Positions 1 through 12,380 of a stretch of 64,000 nucleotides of DNA are shown here, one piece after another. The position numbers were made by a program, and so were the translations under genes. Numbering within the stretch: position 1 is the first letter of the stretch; each line of letters begins with the position of its first letter. Location of the stretch: NCBI GenBank assembly GCA_003344405.1, contig NOWV01000021.1:434001-498000 (forward strand). Direction: 5' to 3'. Below the pieces are notes generated by a model. That model worked only from the letters and a program-made list of their open reading frames with translations. It searched no databases and had not been told where the DNA came from. The DNA comes from Trichoplax sp. H2 (lineage: Eukaryota).

Positions 1-830
1 GATAGCAGCACTATCCTACGAATGCTTCTTTGTGCATCTATTTCAATTTACAATCCTGATTGCATTAAATACTTTCCATCCGCTCCCTTTACTCAATCGT
101 ATCATCCGTGATCTTAGTTTAAGTTGGTTTGCCTTCTTATAGGCTATAAATCATCTAATCACGGCTGATTTTTTACTCCCATGATACCGTATCCTGTGAA
201 ATACATCTAATTTCTACTTATTTTAACCTCTGATCTTGATTGTATTAACATCTTCTATTGCTACCTTTCACCAAGGATTAGAATAACTCATGATGTTAAT
301 ATCACTAAGTTAGTCGTTTAATCATTTCTTAATCAATTGCATTAATGCTTCGTCGCTAAGATACTCTGAAATGGATCTTTTCTACCTATCTATTTTAGCT
401 TTCGATCTTGGTAACGTTAACATTTTCTATCCGCTACCTCTTACCTATAACTAATATCATTTATGATCTTGATATAAGCGAGCTGGCCTATTCCATAGGC
501 TGTAAATCATTTACAGTAGTAATATTTCGTCGCCAAGGTGTGTTACCCAATAGCATGGATCGTGGCGTTTGAAAACTACTTTCAGTTATGATCTGGATTG
601 CATAAATACGTCATACTTTCCATCTGCTATCTTTTTACTCGTAGTTTTAATTCCTAGCAGTCTTAGTTAATACAAAGCGGTTCGTTCCCCAATAGACGAT
701 AGCTGATCTATATTAACAGCATTTTCGTCGCTATGATATCGTTATCCTACGAAGTAGTTCATTTTATTTGTGTTTATTTCAATTTTCTATTCTCAATTGT
801 ATTAATACTTTCTACTCTCTATCTGACAAA
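1..830. repeat. Highly degenerate tandem array, about 180 bp period, about 4.5 units (continues off the window start)
   Basis: Related blocks of the form 'gatc(t/c)tgattg(c/t)attaa..ctt(t/c)c(t/c)atccgcta' at about 54, 233, 404, 589 and 791; 'tt(c)gtcgc(t/c)a(a/t)gat' at about 349, 525 and 723; 'ataggct(a/g)taaatcat' at about 139 and 495. Confidence 0.55.
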
Positions 831-1954
831 CTGCAATTACCGACAATTTTACTGTCGAGAAGTCAAATTTCCTGAAAAACTCTACTTCTACGGTAATAGC
901 ATTTTCACTGGTATGACCCCGTTATTCTGCGGAAGTGATTATACAGTCATAGAGAAGCGATGATAAAGTGTTGATAACAGTAATTGAGAGATCGAAGGTG
1001 CTGCTTAATGATTAACTAGATTTACTTCTAAAAGCAAATATGATGATAGAATAAAACAGTCGTGAAAAACGTCTTTGATTATCATAAAACTGATGAAGAT
1101 GAATAAAAAAGCCAAACCATTACTGCCTGATCTATACTTGAGGATGTATTAACATGCAGGTATGATTAATTAATTTTAACTAGTTAACCGATGATAACTT
1201 ATAACGGAACTGGTCTATGTTACCATTAATATCACAACGGTGATATCGATAAAGAGTGATACTCCCATCTATTTCGTCAAGATTAATACCAGTAACAAGA
1301 ACTAAGTAAAACAAAATTAGAGATGGAGAAGCACTTACCAGCAATTAGCAAAGTAAAGCTTAAATCTTGTCCAATCCCGATAGCAAAGGGAAATCAGCGT
1401 TTAGACAACTGGCGATTGCCTACAAGCTCTAATGTGCACTGTGATTATTACTGCGATGATATACTGTTGTACGTATAGGTTAGAGTATAGAATTACTAAT
1501 TACCCTATTTCAGTTTTCTATACTATCTGCAATCTCATAATGATTGCTTTACTCAATACAATAGACTGTAGCTAGGGCAGGTAGTATTCCATGAGTATGC
1601 ATATTATTATAATATGATCATGGTTACAGTTCCGGATCTCTCTTCTACCATTAATATAACCAGTATTACTATCAATTATATAGTTAACTGATAGCAACTG
1701 TGACAACAGTACTAACCACTGGCTGTACAAATAAGGTTATAATTTTTAATCAATACAAACTAGATCAGGGTTGGGCTTATTTCTATTATTTTGGTTGATA
1801 GGTGGGGAGTCAAAAGTATAATATTCGTAAGGGCTATATTTAACTACCCAGTCCCACCCAAGTAAAAGGAAGGGCCGTGACGTGGATAATAATAAAAAAC
1901 ACATGTATGGTCTTTTAGTAATTTATTCAAATCTCTATATCATAAAATCTACTC

Positions 1955-2612
1955 GTTAACGAATGTTAAAGCTTAAAACAAATGTATAGAGATAGATGAC
2001 ATATAATTGTATAATTCTAATTACAGCCTGTCTCGACCACACCCACTCAGAATTCAATATCTGTCATAATAGTTAGCAATCTTTACAACGTCTTCAAAGC
2101 ATTGCTGTATACTTACAATGAATTAATTTAATCCTGAAATTAAATAGTGTAGCTGCAAAGGTATACCAGTCTTGTTTGGATTGTGGAATACCGTTTTTCT
2201 CGGATAGAAATAATTATCAGCTACAGAATTGTAATACTTTTATCAACGTTGTTTAATTATTAGTATGAGCAGATAGCAATTAATTTAAACATGAATGTTG
2301 AGACGGTTTTACGATAAGTATTTATTTGAACGCCTGTCCTGCTCCTTACTCTTACATGTTCAACCGTCGCAGCTGGTCCCTTATCCAGTGATTATATATA
2401 TATATGTTGTATATCAAACGTTATCATACCGGACTATCTATCCCTAATACCTTAATACAGTATTCATGTTTAAAGTGTACCAGCTACCAAGTCATAAGCT
2501 ACACATCGAATACTATAAACCACACGAATGGACATACAAAGACGTATATCGTCGCAAATGTTGCGGTAATCACCACAATTTGAATCCTTGATGACATGCA
2601 ATCTCTCATTAA
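1955..2612 (-). other. Candidate small spliced gene of unknown product (putative exons 2612-2538, 2379-2356, 2220-2167, 2060-about 1955)
   Basis: GT..AG-bounded segments of 75, 24 and 54 nt (all multiples of 3), a CTAAC branch point before the last acceptor, and AATAAA on the minus strand at about 1922-1927. Phase 0 is fully open. No homology recognised. Confidence 0.3.
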
Positions 2613-3580
2613 CTGTATTTAAATAAAAGGAAAACAACATGACCAAGACGAGGCAACAATAGAACGTGTATTTCTATCATAGTTATATATCAACGCATTT
2701 GATTTTGAAATTACAACTACGCGTATTACAGCCACCTAGTATATTAGCCTTGTTTTGATTGTTCAAGTGCCATTTATCTCCGGATATGGACGACTTGATA
2801 TCAATCGTAGATATGAGATTTTTCATACAACACCGTGAATTAGTGACATGCAGCTGCAGATAATTAATTAAAACAACGCAAGCGTCGCAGTAATCGCTAC
2901 AACTTTCATTCACAATGCTTTGCATGATATCTGTATTGTATTTTAAATGTCTCGACATAAGTCATTTTGAAATGAAAGATTTCTCCTATACTTCTATAAC
3001 CTAAATATTACATTATGAATTATGGATAGCACGGATGCTACTATAATCGTAGGGGATTTTTATCGTGATAATATATAAAATATTTCTTGTACTTCAAATA
3101 CTGCAAATCGATACTATAATGTACAAATAAAAACTAAACATGTACTCGTACTCTTATAATTTCAAATTTAGCATCGTAATCTTAATACGATCTCGGCATC
3201 TACCTTTAATATAAGCACTAACACCTGCATAAATATTCAGAAGTGAAAAACATCGTAAATCAATGATTGATTATAAATTAACTCTAAAAAAGCTGTAGCC
3301 TACATGCCCTAATTTGACTTTCTCCGAAGAACGCAAAATGAGTTAATACTGGCTAATGCCAATATCTGTTTGCTTATTCCGTCGTCAATTTTTCAAAAAA
3401 GTTTTATTTGTTTAACAGCATATTCTGTACGATCGTATTAAATCGAATTAACATAATTTGTACGAGTATTAAATAGTCAGTTTGATCATTTACTATCACA
3501 TATAAAACACAACCGATCATGGTTTATCAAATAAATCAGCTAATAATTCGATATATAACACATGCTCATAACAACTTCCT

Positions 3581-6500
3581 TTAGTTTCTAACGGATGATC
3601 ATAACATAGATATCATCCTATTCCTAGATTAAGATCCATACCACTCATTATTATTGATATTAATCCCTATAATTTGGATTATAAAGTTCTTTAAATAATT
3701 CGTTATTAAATTAAATATGGTCAACGACGAATACTAACCTGTAAGATTTCTTCTCATAAAATTTAACACGACGTTTGCGTACAGATCTGAATTACAGAAG
3801 TGAGCATAATGAATTAAATTTATAATTTAGTTCGAGAAAAAACATCTATTTATTTCTTATACTATATAACACTGCTAGATTCTTACCCAACTGGTTTTCG
3901 AGACTCAATAATGCCCCTTCTTTGGAAGCTCTTAAATCGATCTTTGAATAGGTTGCCTTCCACCTAAAATAAATAGGTTATTAATCTACAATAACGTATT
4001 CTAAATCAATTTTAAAGCAACGCATTTAATTGTTCAACATTGCAAGCCGTACCGATGATGTTCTTAAGGAGCCTGTTAACTCGGTACTAAGTTTAATATC
4101 TATTTTCGGTTCTTCATAACTACATGAAAGCTCAGGAATAGAACGGGTAATAGCAAAGATAAAAGTAATTCGAAAAATTTCACGATGGCACTCTGAAGAG
4201 ATGTACCAATTCTATTCCTAAATAAATCTTTAATTAATTCATTAGCAAAGTAGATAAAATAGATACGGGAGTTTTCCAAGCCGCTTAGGCATATGTCTAC
4301 TATTTGCTAGCTTTAGCTCTTTCGTTTGCTGCTTTTTAGAAGATATTTCTTCAACTTCATTTAATTTACTTTTAATTTTTCTTAATCTATGATGCAAAAA
4401 TATTTAGACGCGTTATTAACAAACAATGCTATTCATACATGATATATTATCTCAAAATATACCATCTATCAGTTTTTACGAAAGCTTGGCATAAATAGTA
4501 CAAAATACCTGTAAATATCTTGCATTCTAGACTTTTTCAATTTTACGTCGTTATTGGCCATAGCCTAATTCGTTAGAGCAGCGGTAATAACATTAAGTTC
4601 ACCGATCAATTAGCTAAATAACGTATACAAATGATAACGCCGCAAACCCGTAATTTCCTAATCTTTTTTAATCTTTTTTCTCGTAATGTTAGCCTTCTCC
4701 TAGCTCCTGTTCTAGTATTACCAACAGCGATATCATCATCAGACGCGCTACTGTTTACGTCATCTTCGTTTTCTTCCGTTTGAAACAGCCCACATGACAT
4801 TTCTTCTTTCCATGTTGTCTAAGAATTTAAGAAAATTTTTAACGCTTTTAAATAACTATTTACGATCCCAAAACTAATATGAACACTAAATACGACTATA
4901 CCACATCGTTCTGAAAGTTCTCTGGTAGCGCTAGCTTTCGATCTAATTTTTCTTGCTTTTTCAGTGATTTCATCTCTTCATCTATTGCATCACGCAGCAA
5001 TACCTATTTAGGAATTAATCATAACGTTATAAACATGCACGTTACAGCTAACATCTAGATGCCACTATAAAAATTTATAGTCATACAAGCGGCGCTACAG
5101 TATACTCGGAAATAACCAGTGCTAACGGAATGGTCGCAATGTAATGGTCCCAGAACTGTAGATGTAGTGATATCAAGCAGGTGATAAGAAATTGTGTGCG
5201 GAACATTTGACTGACCTGATGATCATCATAAGCTGGATTATATGATGCTCCTGAGCTACATATTTGAACATTAGGCACTTCTGTTTCGATTTTTGCAACA
5301 CTAACAGGTCGCTAAAAATAAATTATATAGTTCTAAACCGGTAGCAAACATAATATACATCTAAACCAGATCTCTTACGTGGCGCATACGGAATACTAGC
5401 AAATTATGAAAATAGTTCCACAAAATTGCATTTAATAATAACGTAATCAAGAACATATTTACTGACCATTGCAAATAGAATACCTTGTATTGATCTTTTG
5501 TCGTAGAAGCTATTTGATCACCCTTCTTTATTCCTTTCGAATCTAATGTAGTGAATATAAATTAAGTATTACCTGACAGAAATCAGCAAAGTGCTTGGCA
5601 TAAGTCATTCCTTCGTATTTAATACTAAGGGTAAAACGATATCTTGAATATTAAATAAGTTATTTATTGAATACTAAAGACAAAACGATATTGTGAAGAC
5701 GAATATTAGTATAGCTAATATATTTACTGTTAGCGGCCAGACTTTCATCACTTTGCCACAGGCTGTAAACTTGCTGTGAATTACTATTGTCAGGTACTTT
5801 TTCTTTACTATTACTAGTCTTCCCAATCAGTTTTTTTTTCTTTTTCAGCTCTAGATCCAAATTATAATCTTTACTATTGGTTTTCCTTTTTATTGCTTCT
5901 ACTTTAGAAACTGGTTTTAGGAGAGACTCGATCGTTAAAGGTTTCCGCTTTCTATTTTTCTTCTCTTTTATCGCCGGCACTATACATGAGATAGGTAAGA
6001 ATAGTAAGATATAGCTATGGCAAGAAGATCGCCGTTGGCTCAGACATACATGACATTATTTCTATAACTATACCATCAATTACTGTTACTTCTTGATCAT
6101 CATAATTGCAAAACGACAGAAGATTTTCACTTCATCAAACTGTATCGATAATAATAATACAGTATTGCTTTTTCTTAGTCTATTTACCTTGATCCGATTT
6201 CGCATCTTCTGTGCCTCTTTCAACGTAAAACAGCTCGTCATTGCTCTTCAAAGATGCTGGGCCTCTATAATATATATAATTATTTCAGTAAAGCGGGCGG
6301 ACGAAAACTGTTGTAATTACATTAAGATACTGTATATGTTACGTGGCAATCCTTGGTAACGTAGCATTTATAGTCTTAGAATATGCGGTGTGTAGCTGTA
6401 GCAATATAACATGATACCACTCTACTGTGCATATTCGTCCATGCTGAATATAGGTCCTAGTTATGCTCAATAAACAAGTGCGCAAGTATCACCAGCATGG

Positions 6501-7007
6501 TGTTCGACTAGTTTTATATAATTACAGAGAATATCTTTAGAAAGCCTAATGTTTTAGATTGTTCACAAACACTATCATTACTCAGACGTATTATGTGAAT
6601 TTAAAAAGGCTAACTAGAAGTTCTTTCTACCTGGTTATAGACAACCATATCAGATAACCTATAATTATTTATCAGCATGCACTACGGCAAGCAACCTGTT
6701 AAACATGATTGATAGTAACGATGAAGTGATTGTCCTTAATGCTTATTCATGACCACTTTGTATTGAAAATATGATATGCATAACGATGATTACGAGTACC
6801 GCATAGTTATCCGTAAGAACTACTCGAAGCAAACCTTAGACATGATTACATTTACTGAAACTAGCATAAACAATTTCATTAGCCATTCTTCCTTTACCCT
6901 AGTCTTTCATCTCTACGAACTTCTTCCAGGTGAGCTTCAACATCAGAAATGTCTGTCTTCTTCCTCCAAACAGATTTCGATTTCTTGCTATATCTTTTCC
7001 TGACCAT
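3581..7007 (-). CDS. NOP53: Ribosome biogenesis factor NOP53 / GLTSCR2 / PICT1, multi-exon
   Basis: Exon 1 MVRKRYSKKSKSVWRKKTDISDVEAHLEEVRRDERLG; exon 2 GPASLKSNDELFYVE; C-terminal exons ..LSTELTGSLRTSS|VEGNLFKDRFKSFQRRGIIESRKPV|..RRVKFYEKKSYR match the Nop53 family signature (EGN.L.DRFKSFQRR..IE.R). The final tiny exon and stop (3581-3587) are tentative. Confidence 0.92.
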
Positions 7008-7368
7008 GTTGCCACTACTCGTTTGTTGTAATTCTGTATTCCTACTAATAGAACTTAATTTCCTTTAGCAATCACGAACTCAATAACTGCTGCACCTAAT
7101 AAATATCCTCAATTCAAGTAATGTATTCAAGCATGGATGTCTTGAACTGGTCTTCAGCATTGTGCTAACAAATCATCTTCCCCGGCAGCTTTCTTTAGTT
7201 CCATATGAACTGATTACACTGTTTAGCACAGTAGATAGTCATACTAACTTAAGTCTCTTACAGTATTGCACACTGTCCTGTACAGTACAATCTACAGTAT
7301 ACAGTACTGTACAGAATCCAACAAAATTTAAGTTTATATACTAAAAATATTAAATTGAAGCAACGTAT

Positions 7369-7450
7369 GACGAGGTGGCCGAGTGGTTAAGGCGATGGAC
7401 TGCTAATCCATTGGGCTCTGCCCGCGTGGGTTCGAATCCCATCCTCGTCG
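7369..7450 (+). tRNA. tRNA-Ser(GCT): tRNA-Ser, anticodon GCT
   Basis: 82 nt, GACGAGG..CCTCGTCG acceptor stem, A box TGGCCGAGTGG, anticodon arm ATGGA-CT GCT AA-TCCAT, long variable arm, B box GGTTCGAATCC; T8 Pol III terminator at about 7466-7473. Confidence 0.98.
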
Positions 7451-9950
7451 TTTAAATACGATATATTTTTTTTATTTTCAATTACCCTCTAAATCCCAAC
7501 AAATTCATAATACTGGAAAATAAGCTATATAAGTCTTATAATTTTTGCAGACGAGTCTTAATTCATAATAAATAACGGTAATTAAACATTTGCAAATTCA
7601 TCCTCGAGTTCAAAAACTTAGAAAATGTTACTTTCCTGCCTTTGATTTTAGTAATGATTATTATTTATAGTGTATAATTCGTAAAATCAATGATTTGGCT
7701 GCTTGAATTACTGGATTAGCCTACAGTCATGATTACCAGACATTTTCTAGCAGTCGATATTGCAGTATACTCCAGCATGCATACTGTAGATGAATCAGGT
7801 GAAAATTGTGGAGTAGTCCCTGGCTGAGTACAGTAGTCGCTATTGAATAGCGGCGTTGCGTTCGTGAGAGAAAACAAATCGTTCAATAAATATTCCATCT
7901 AGCTGCATAATGCAGACTGTTGAAGGTAGCTTATAGGACGGTAAATTACGATCTTATTTGATCTTATTTGTACAAGTAGTACTCTGGAATGCGTGAAGGG
8001 CGTGTTTGCGATTGGTTATTATTCATGATTTTCATATTACCCTTATCGACTGTCTTCGTTCACAGTTAATAGTTTAATAGTATAATTATCACTTTATGTG
8101 TATATTCTGTCATCGTAGATTTTATTTCCGGACTACTGTACTATCTTATATGATTATTCCTTTGCCAGGAGCACTGAAATTATAATTAATCAGTTTGATT
8201 TATTTGATAGTATGCAGTTTTTTTTAATATTAACGGCTGCATATTAACCTTAATAGATTGTTCAGTAAGTATCACTCTCTTATTTCATCTTTAATAACAA
8301 AATGCGATATATATGACTACGTAATACGTGTAACTAAATCAATGGCAACTTCTATCTTTGCAAATCGAAACATCATCTGATACAAGATTATACTTTGTAC
8401 CATGCAAACCATCTTCTGCTCGTATGTCGGCTAAATATTGAAATGTATTAGATAGATGATGGTCGTCGCTTTAATTTAATTTCTTTAGATAGTTCTCGTA
8501 AATTTTCGCATGGCAAATCCAACTTTATTAATAACTTCTATTTTAAATCTGTAGTTTTCGATTACGCTACGATAAACGTATGCACATCATAGTCATAGTA
8601 CAGGATGTGTACTGTATAGCTTCACAACTGAATTTTTTAGTAGCAAATAGGTATAGTAGTACAGTAGTAATACTTTTGTATAGTATCGTACATCAGGATC
8701 AATTACACTAATCACAAGAATAGATGCAATTTATCATCGTTATTTTGTTTTTGCTATAAATATGCGTGTATGTGTAGATATAAATTTTATACACTATTCA
8801 ATACAGAATTCAGTTCATTCAAAATAAATATTTCAAATCAATCTATTCTAAATTTAAGAAATGACTAAATGTATATGTCGGAGTACGGACTACTAAGAAA
8901 AAAATTGCATCGGTCTTTTTCTAGTAGTCCATAGCCGAAGCTACGCGATGCTTTTGACAATTTCATAACTACATTATTAATTTAATTGATTCTGTACCTG
9001 CGTACGAATATTGGTATACAAGGAATTATACGTGAATATGAAATATCCTCATTACTGAGTTTATGTTACTAAAAAACCTTACATAGTCCTAAATACTAAA
9101 GTAAATAGTAGATTTTGAACAATAATCACCTAGCGCAGGTAAATTATATTTATGTAGGCAAGCATTTTAATTACAATTTACCGCGGAATCATTCATTCAT
9201 AAGAACGTGTTGCATGTAAAGTTATATCGATCGATAATATAGTCTAACGGAATCGGTTTGTAATCAATATTTTCCTATTTATTCCCACATTGTCTTGAAT
9301 CTGTTAATAATTAATATATCAATGCCGTTACGCAGACTTTCTAAATAGCTATATTTACACGAGGTTACGTAGTCGAAATAGGTTTATCATTTTGTAAACG
9401 CTAAAATGATTTCGAAAATTATCATCGTTCATACGCAACAGATGTTCACCTTTCGCGAATTGACCATAGATAAAATAATTTAGAAAATCCACTACATACT
9501 TAAAGGAATAGCATATTATTTTTTGACATTTATCTTGCATAACACGATTTAACGAATGAACAGTGAGTAAGTAAACAAGCTGTACTCACTCAGCTTTGTA
9601 ATATGCAGCAAGATGGATTAAATCAAGAAACGTCTAACATTGTTGTGCGATGGTTTGCAATTAGACTATTGCTGATTATCCCTCGCATTCCGAGGTATAC
9701 CAGAAACAAGTGTTACTCAATACCTGAGCTGTACACATACGAATACATAACTTTAGTTAGACACTGTAATAAGTAGTAAATGTTACAATGTTCTGTCATC
9801 ACGTCATTATAAGATGTTGCCAGTCAAAACAAAACGAAATTTGTACACAAAGCCTTAAAATAACTCACAGGTTATAGATTCAGATAAATCTAGAAATCCA
9901 TGACATACTGTATCGATATAACTCGCGATTACAGACAACTTTTACGACAC

Positions 9951-12380
9951 TTATTTTGATTTTTCATTAGTTGTGGAACTACCAAACCATCCCGACCACC
10001 AGGTGTTAGAATTAGATTGTGGTGAAACATTGCTATCGCTCTTTCCTGTAGCGGGCGGTTCAGAAATGGCAGGAACTGGTACTGACAAATCCGTTGGCCC
10101 TTCGAAATTCTGATCTTCTTGCCTTGCTTCCTAAACAGCGATAGAAGCCCAAAACATGACTTAATATTAATCACCAGGCATGATATCATGTATAATTTTA
10201 ACTACCGGTGCGCTCCTCGAGCCAAAGAACTTTCCTGTAAAGCCGCCAGAAGACCATCTGTTATTAGCAGCACCACGTTCTCGTTGCAGTTTTGTTCTAC
10301 GTTGTTCCTCTTCAAGGAAACGGGCTTGGTTCGCTTTAAATACTTCCAGCATATCATCACCTTGTTGACGATAAAAATCTAGGACAGTGCGAACGTCACT
10401 TACACCGGAAGTTGCTATTGCTATTATAATATAAAAAAAAATTCTAATTTGGTAATTCAATCAGACAACATACCCAAATCATTTAACAACATCAGATGCA
10501 TTACTTCGTAAAAATGGAATTAAATCAAACAAAGTTGTATCGGATGGATCACCATCCCATCTCTTTAAGTGAACAGCATTACTCTCATTTAATTTGGTTG
10601 CATTTCGATCCCAATCAACGACGATAACTTTGGAAAGATCACGGTTAAGAGCAGACATGTCCTAAACCAAAGATTAGATTAAATATATTTATGCTATATA
10701 AACGCACAAAAACTTCGGATATACTATACGACTGTAACCTTGATATGATGACCATTTTTGTATAAGGTGGAATCTCTAAACAACCTATACATGATGCAAC
10801 CTTCTGAATCTAGCTTGTCAATGACTGGCATAGCGCCCTGATAAAAGTCGCATATATAAGAAAAATAATATTACGTCACGAGTTATAGCCAAAGAAAGCA
10901 CAGAGGCACAAAGTAATTGACTTACCATTCCTCCCTCACAAGTAAAAATAACAATTTCAAAAAGTGGAGGAGCACATTGTCTGAGAAGAGCATCAACACC
11001 TGGTCTTTTCCTAAAACGCCATCCCGTAGCTCTCTAAAAATTAATACCCCAATATTTCGTTAAGCAGTTGATTTTAAATTCCCGTGGTATCTGTCCAAAT
11101 GTAAAGTCTCAATTAAGTACAGTTTTTAAAGGCTTACATCGTACTCAGGATGTACCAATATGTCTGTCATCTCCAAGACCAATGTATAAGGTGGTTGATA
11201 GTATGGTTCAGTTAAAGGGTCAGGCAATAATTTGGGGCTGATTGGATCGGAGAAGTACTGAAAGAACGTAAAACGTTATTTTAATCCTTGCCAAATGCAA
11301 ATTACAATCCGTACTTCAATAAAGTATATTCCGATCAAAGCTATGCACGACTAGATTTAAAATTAGCCACTAAGATACGAATTTCGATTATAATTATTAT
11401 TGCGAAGCAAATTGTATCATTCCTAGTAAAATCATATTGAGATGGTCTATCTTGAGCTGACGATACTGGAATACTATACCTTATAGTAAATCGCTTACCT
11501 TGATAGAGTTCCTAAGTCTATCTTTTGCGCGATAAATGTAAGCCAAAGCAATGTTTTCTATTTATAGGTCATGATATAATAAAATTACTTCAAGGTAATT
11601 ATAATTATGTAGAGTATGAGCTAGAGGATACTGCAATAGGCATTTGCGCGTCATTATTTATGTAATAAAAGTTTACTGTAGCTATTTCTAAATTCTGAAA
11701 TATATATTACTATAAAATTGCCAACTTGCCACAAATTGCTTGATATTATAACAGTAGCTATATTATACGATGCCAGAAATATTGCTACTATAGCACTTAC
11801 TATGATCATAATTATCAATGTCCTGTAGATTTAACAAATAGATAGAGATTAGAGATGAGCAACGATTGACTTGTAGATATAACACTTATATATCTATATC
11901 TATACATTAATTATAATTATTAGTATTGATGTATAGTTTGGGCAAAAGCAGTAACACTAAAAAGGAGTAAAGTTTACCTCCTCTGGTTCCTTCGATGGAG
12001 CCCCTAGTTGAGTAAGTATGAATCGACATAAATGCTATGAGAATCACTCTTTGATATAACTATATTCATCATCACGTTAAATAAGTCAACCTAAATCTAC
12101 AGTAGATGCCAAAACTACTACATCCACTACCTGCGAAAATGATTCCAGCAACACCAATGCCTACGGTTGTGCCAGCAAAGATTACCCATCCACGAATGCT
12201 CGGTCCTCCTTTCTTTTTTTCAGGCCGCTTGTAATACGTACGCGTTCGGTTAGGACGTAACGAATGCAAGCTCCATTTGTTTTCTTCCGCTCTCAGCTGG
12301 TACAAGTATCTTCTACAGCCTTTCAGTAGCGTTGAATACATACCAATATTAAATGGTCTACTTTTTAAAATCGACATCAT
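9951..12380 (-). CDS. TIMM50: Mitochondrial import inner membrane translocase subunit TIM50 (FCP1/NIF-like domain), multi-exon
   Basis: Basic presequence plus TM segment ([21 protein letters not shown]). Later exons encode [100 protein letters not shown] and [16 protein letters not shown]. The last exon 10130-9951 joins in phase 0. Confidence 0.95.

Noticed and set aside
7369..7450. tRNA-Sec linked to the SPS2 gene
   Set aside because: The anticodon is GCT with a standard 7 bp acceptor stem; it is an ordinary tRNA-Ser.
9929..10189. ORF-track frame ([10 protein letters not shown]..) as the TIMM50 last exon or a separate gene
   Set aside because: The splice phase from the upstream exon selects the other frame, which ends at 9951.
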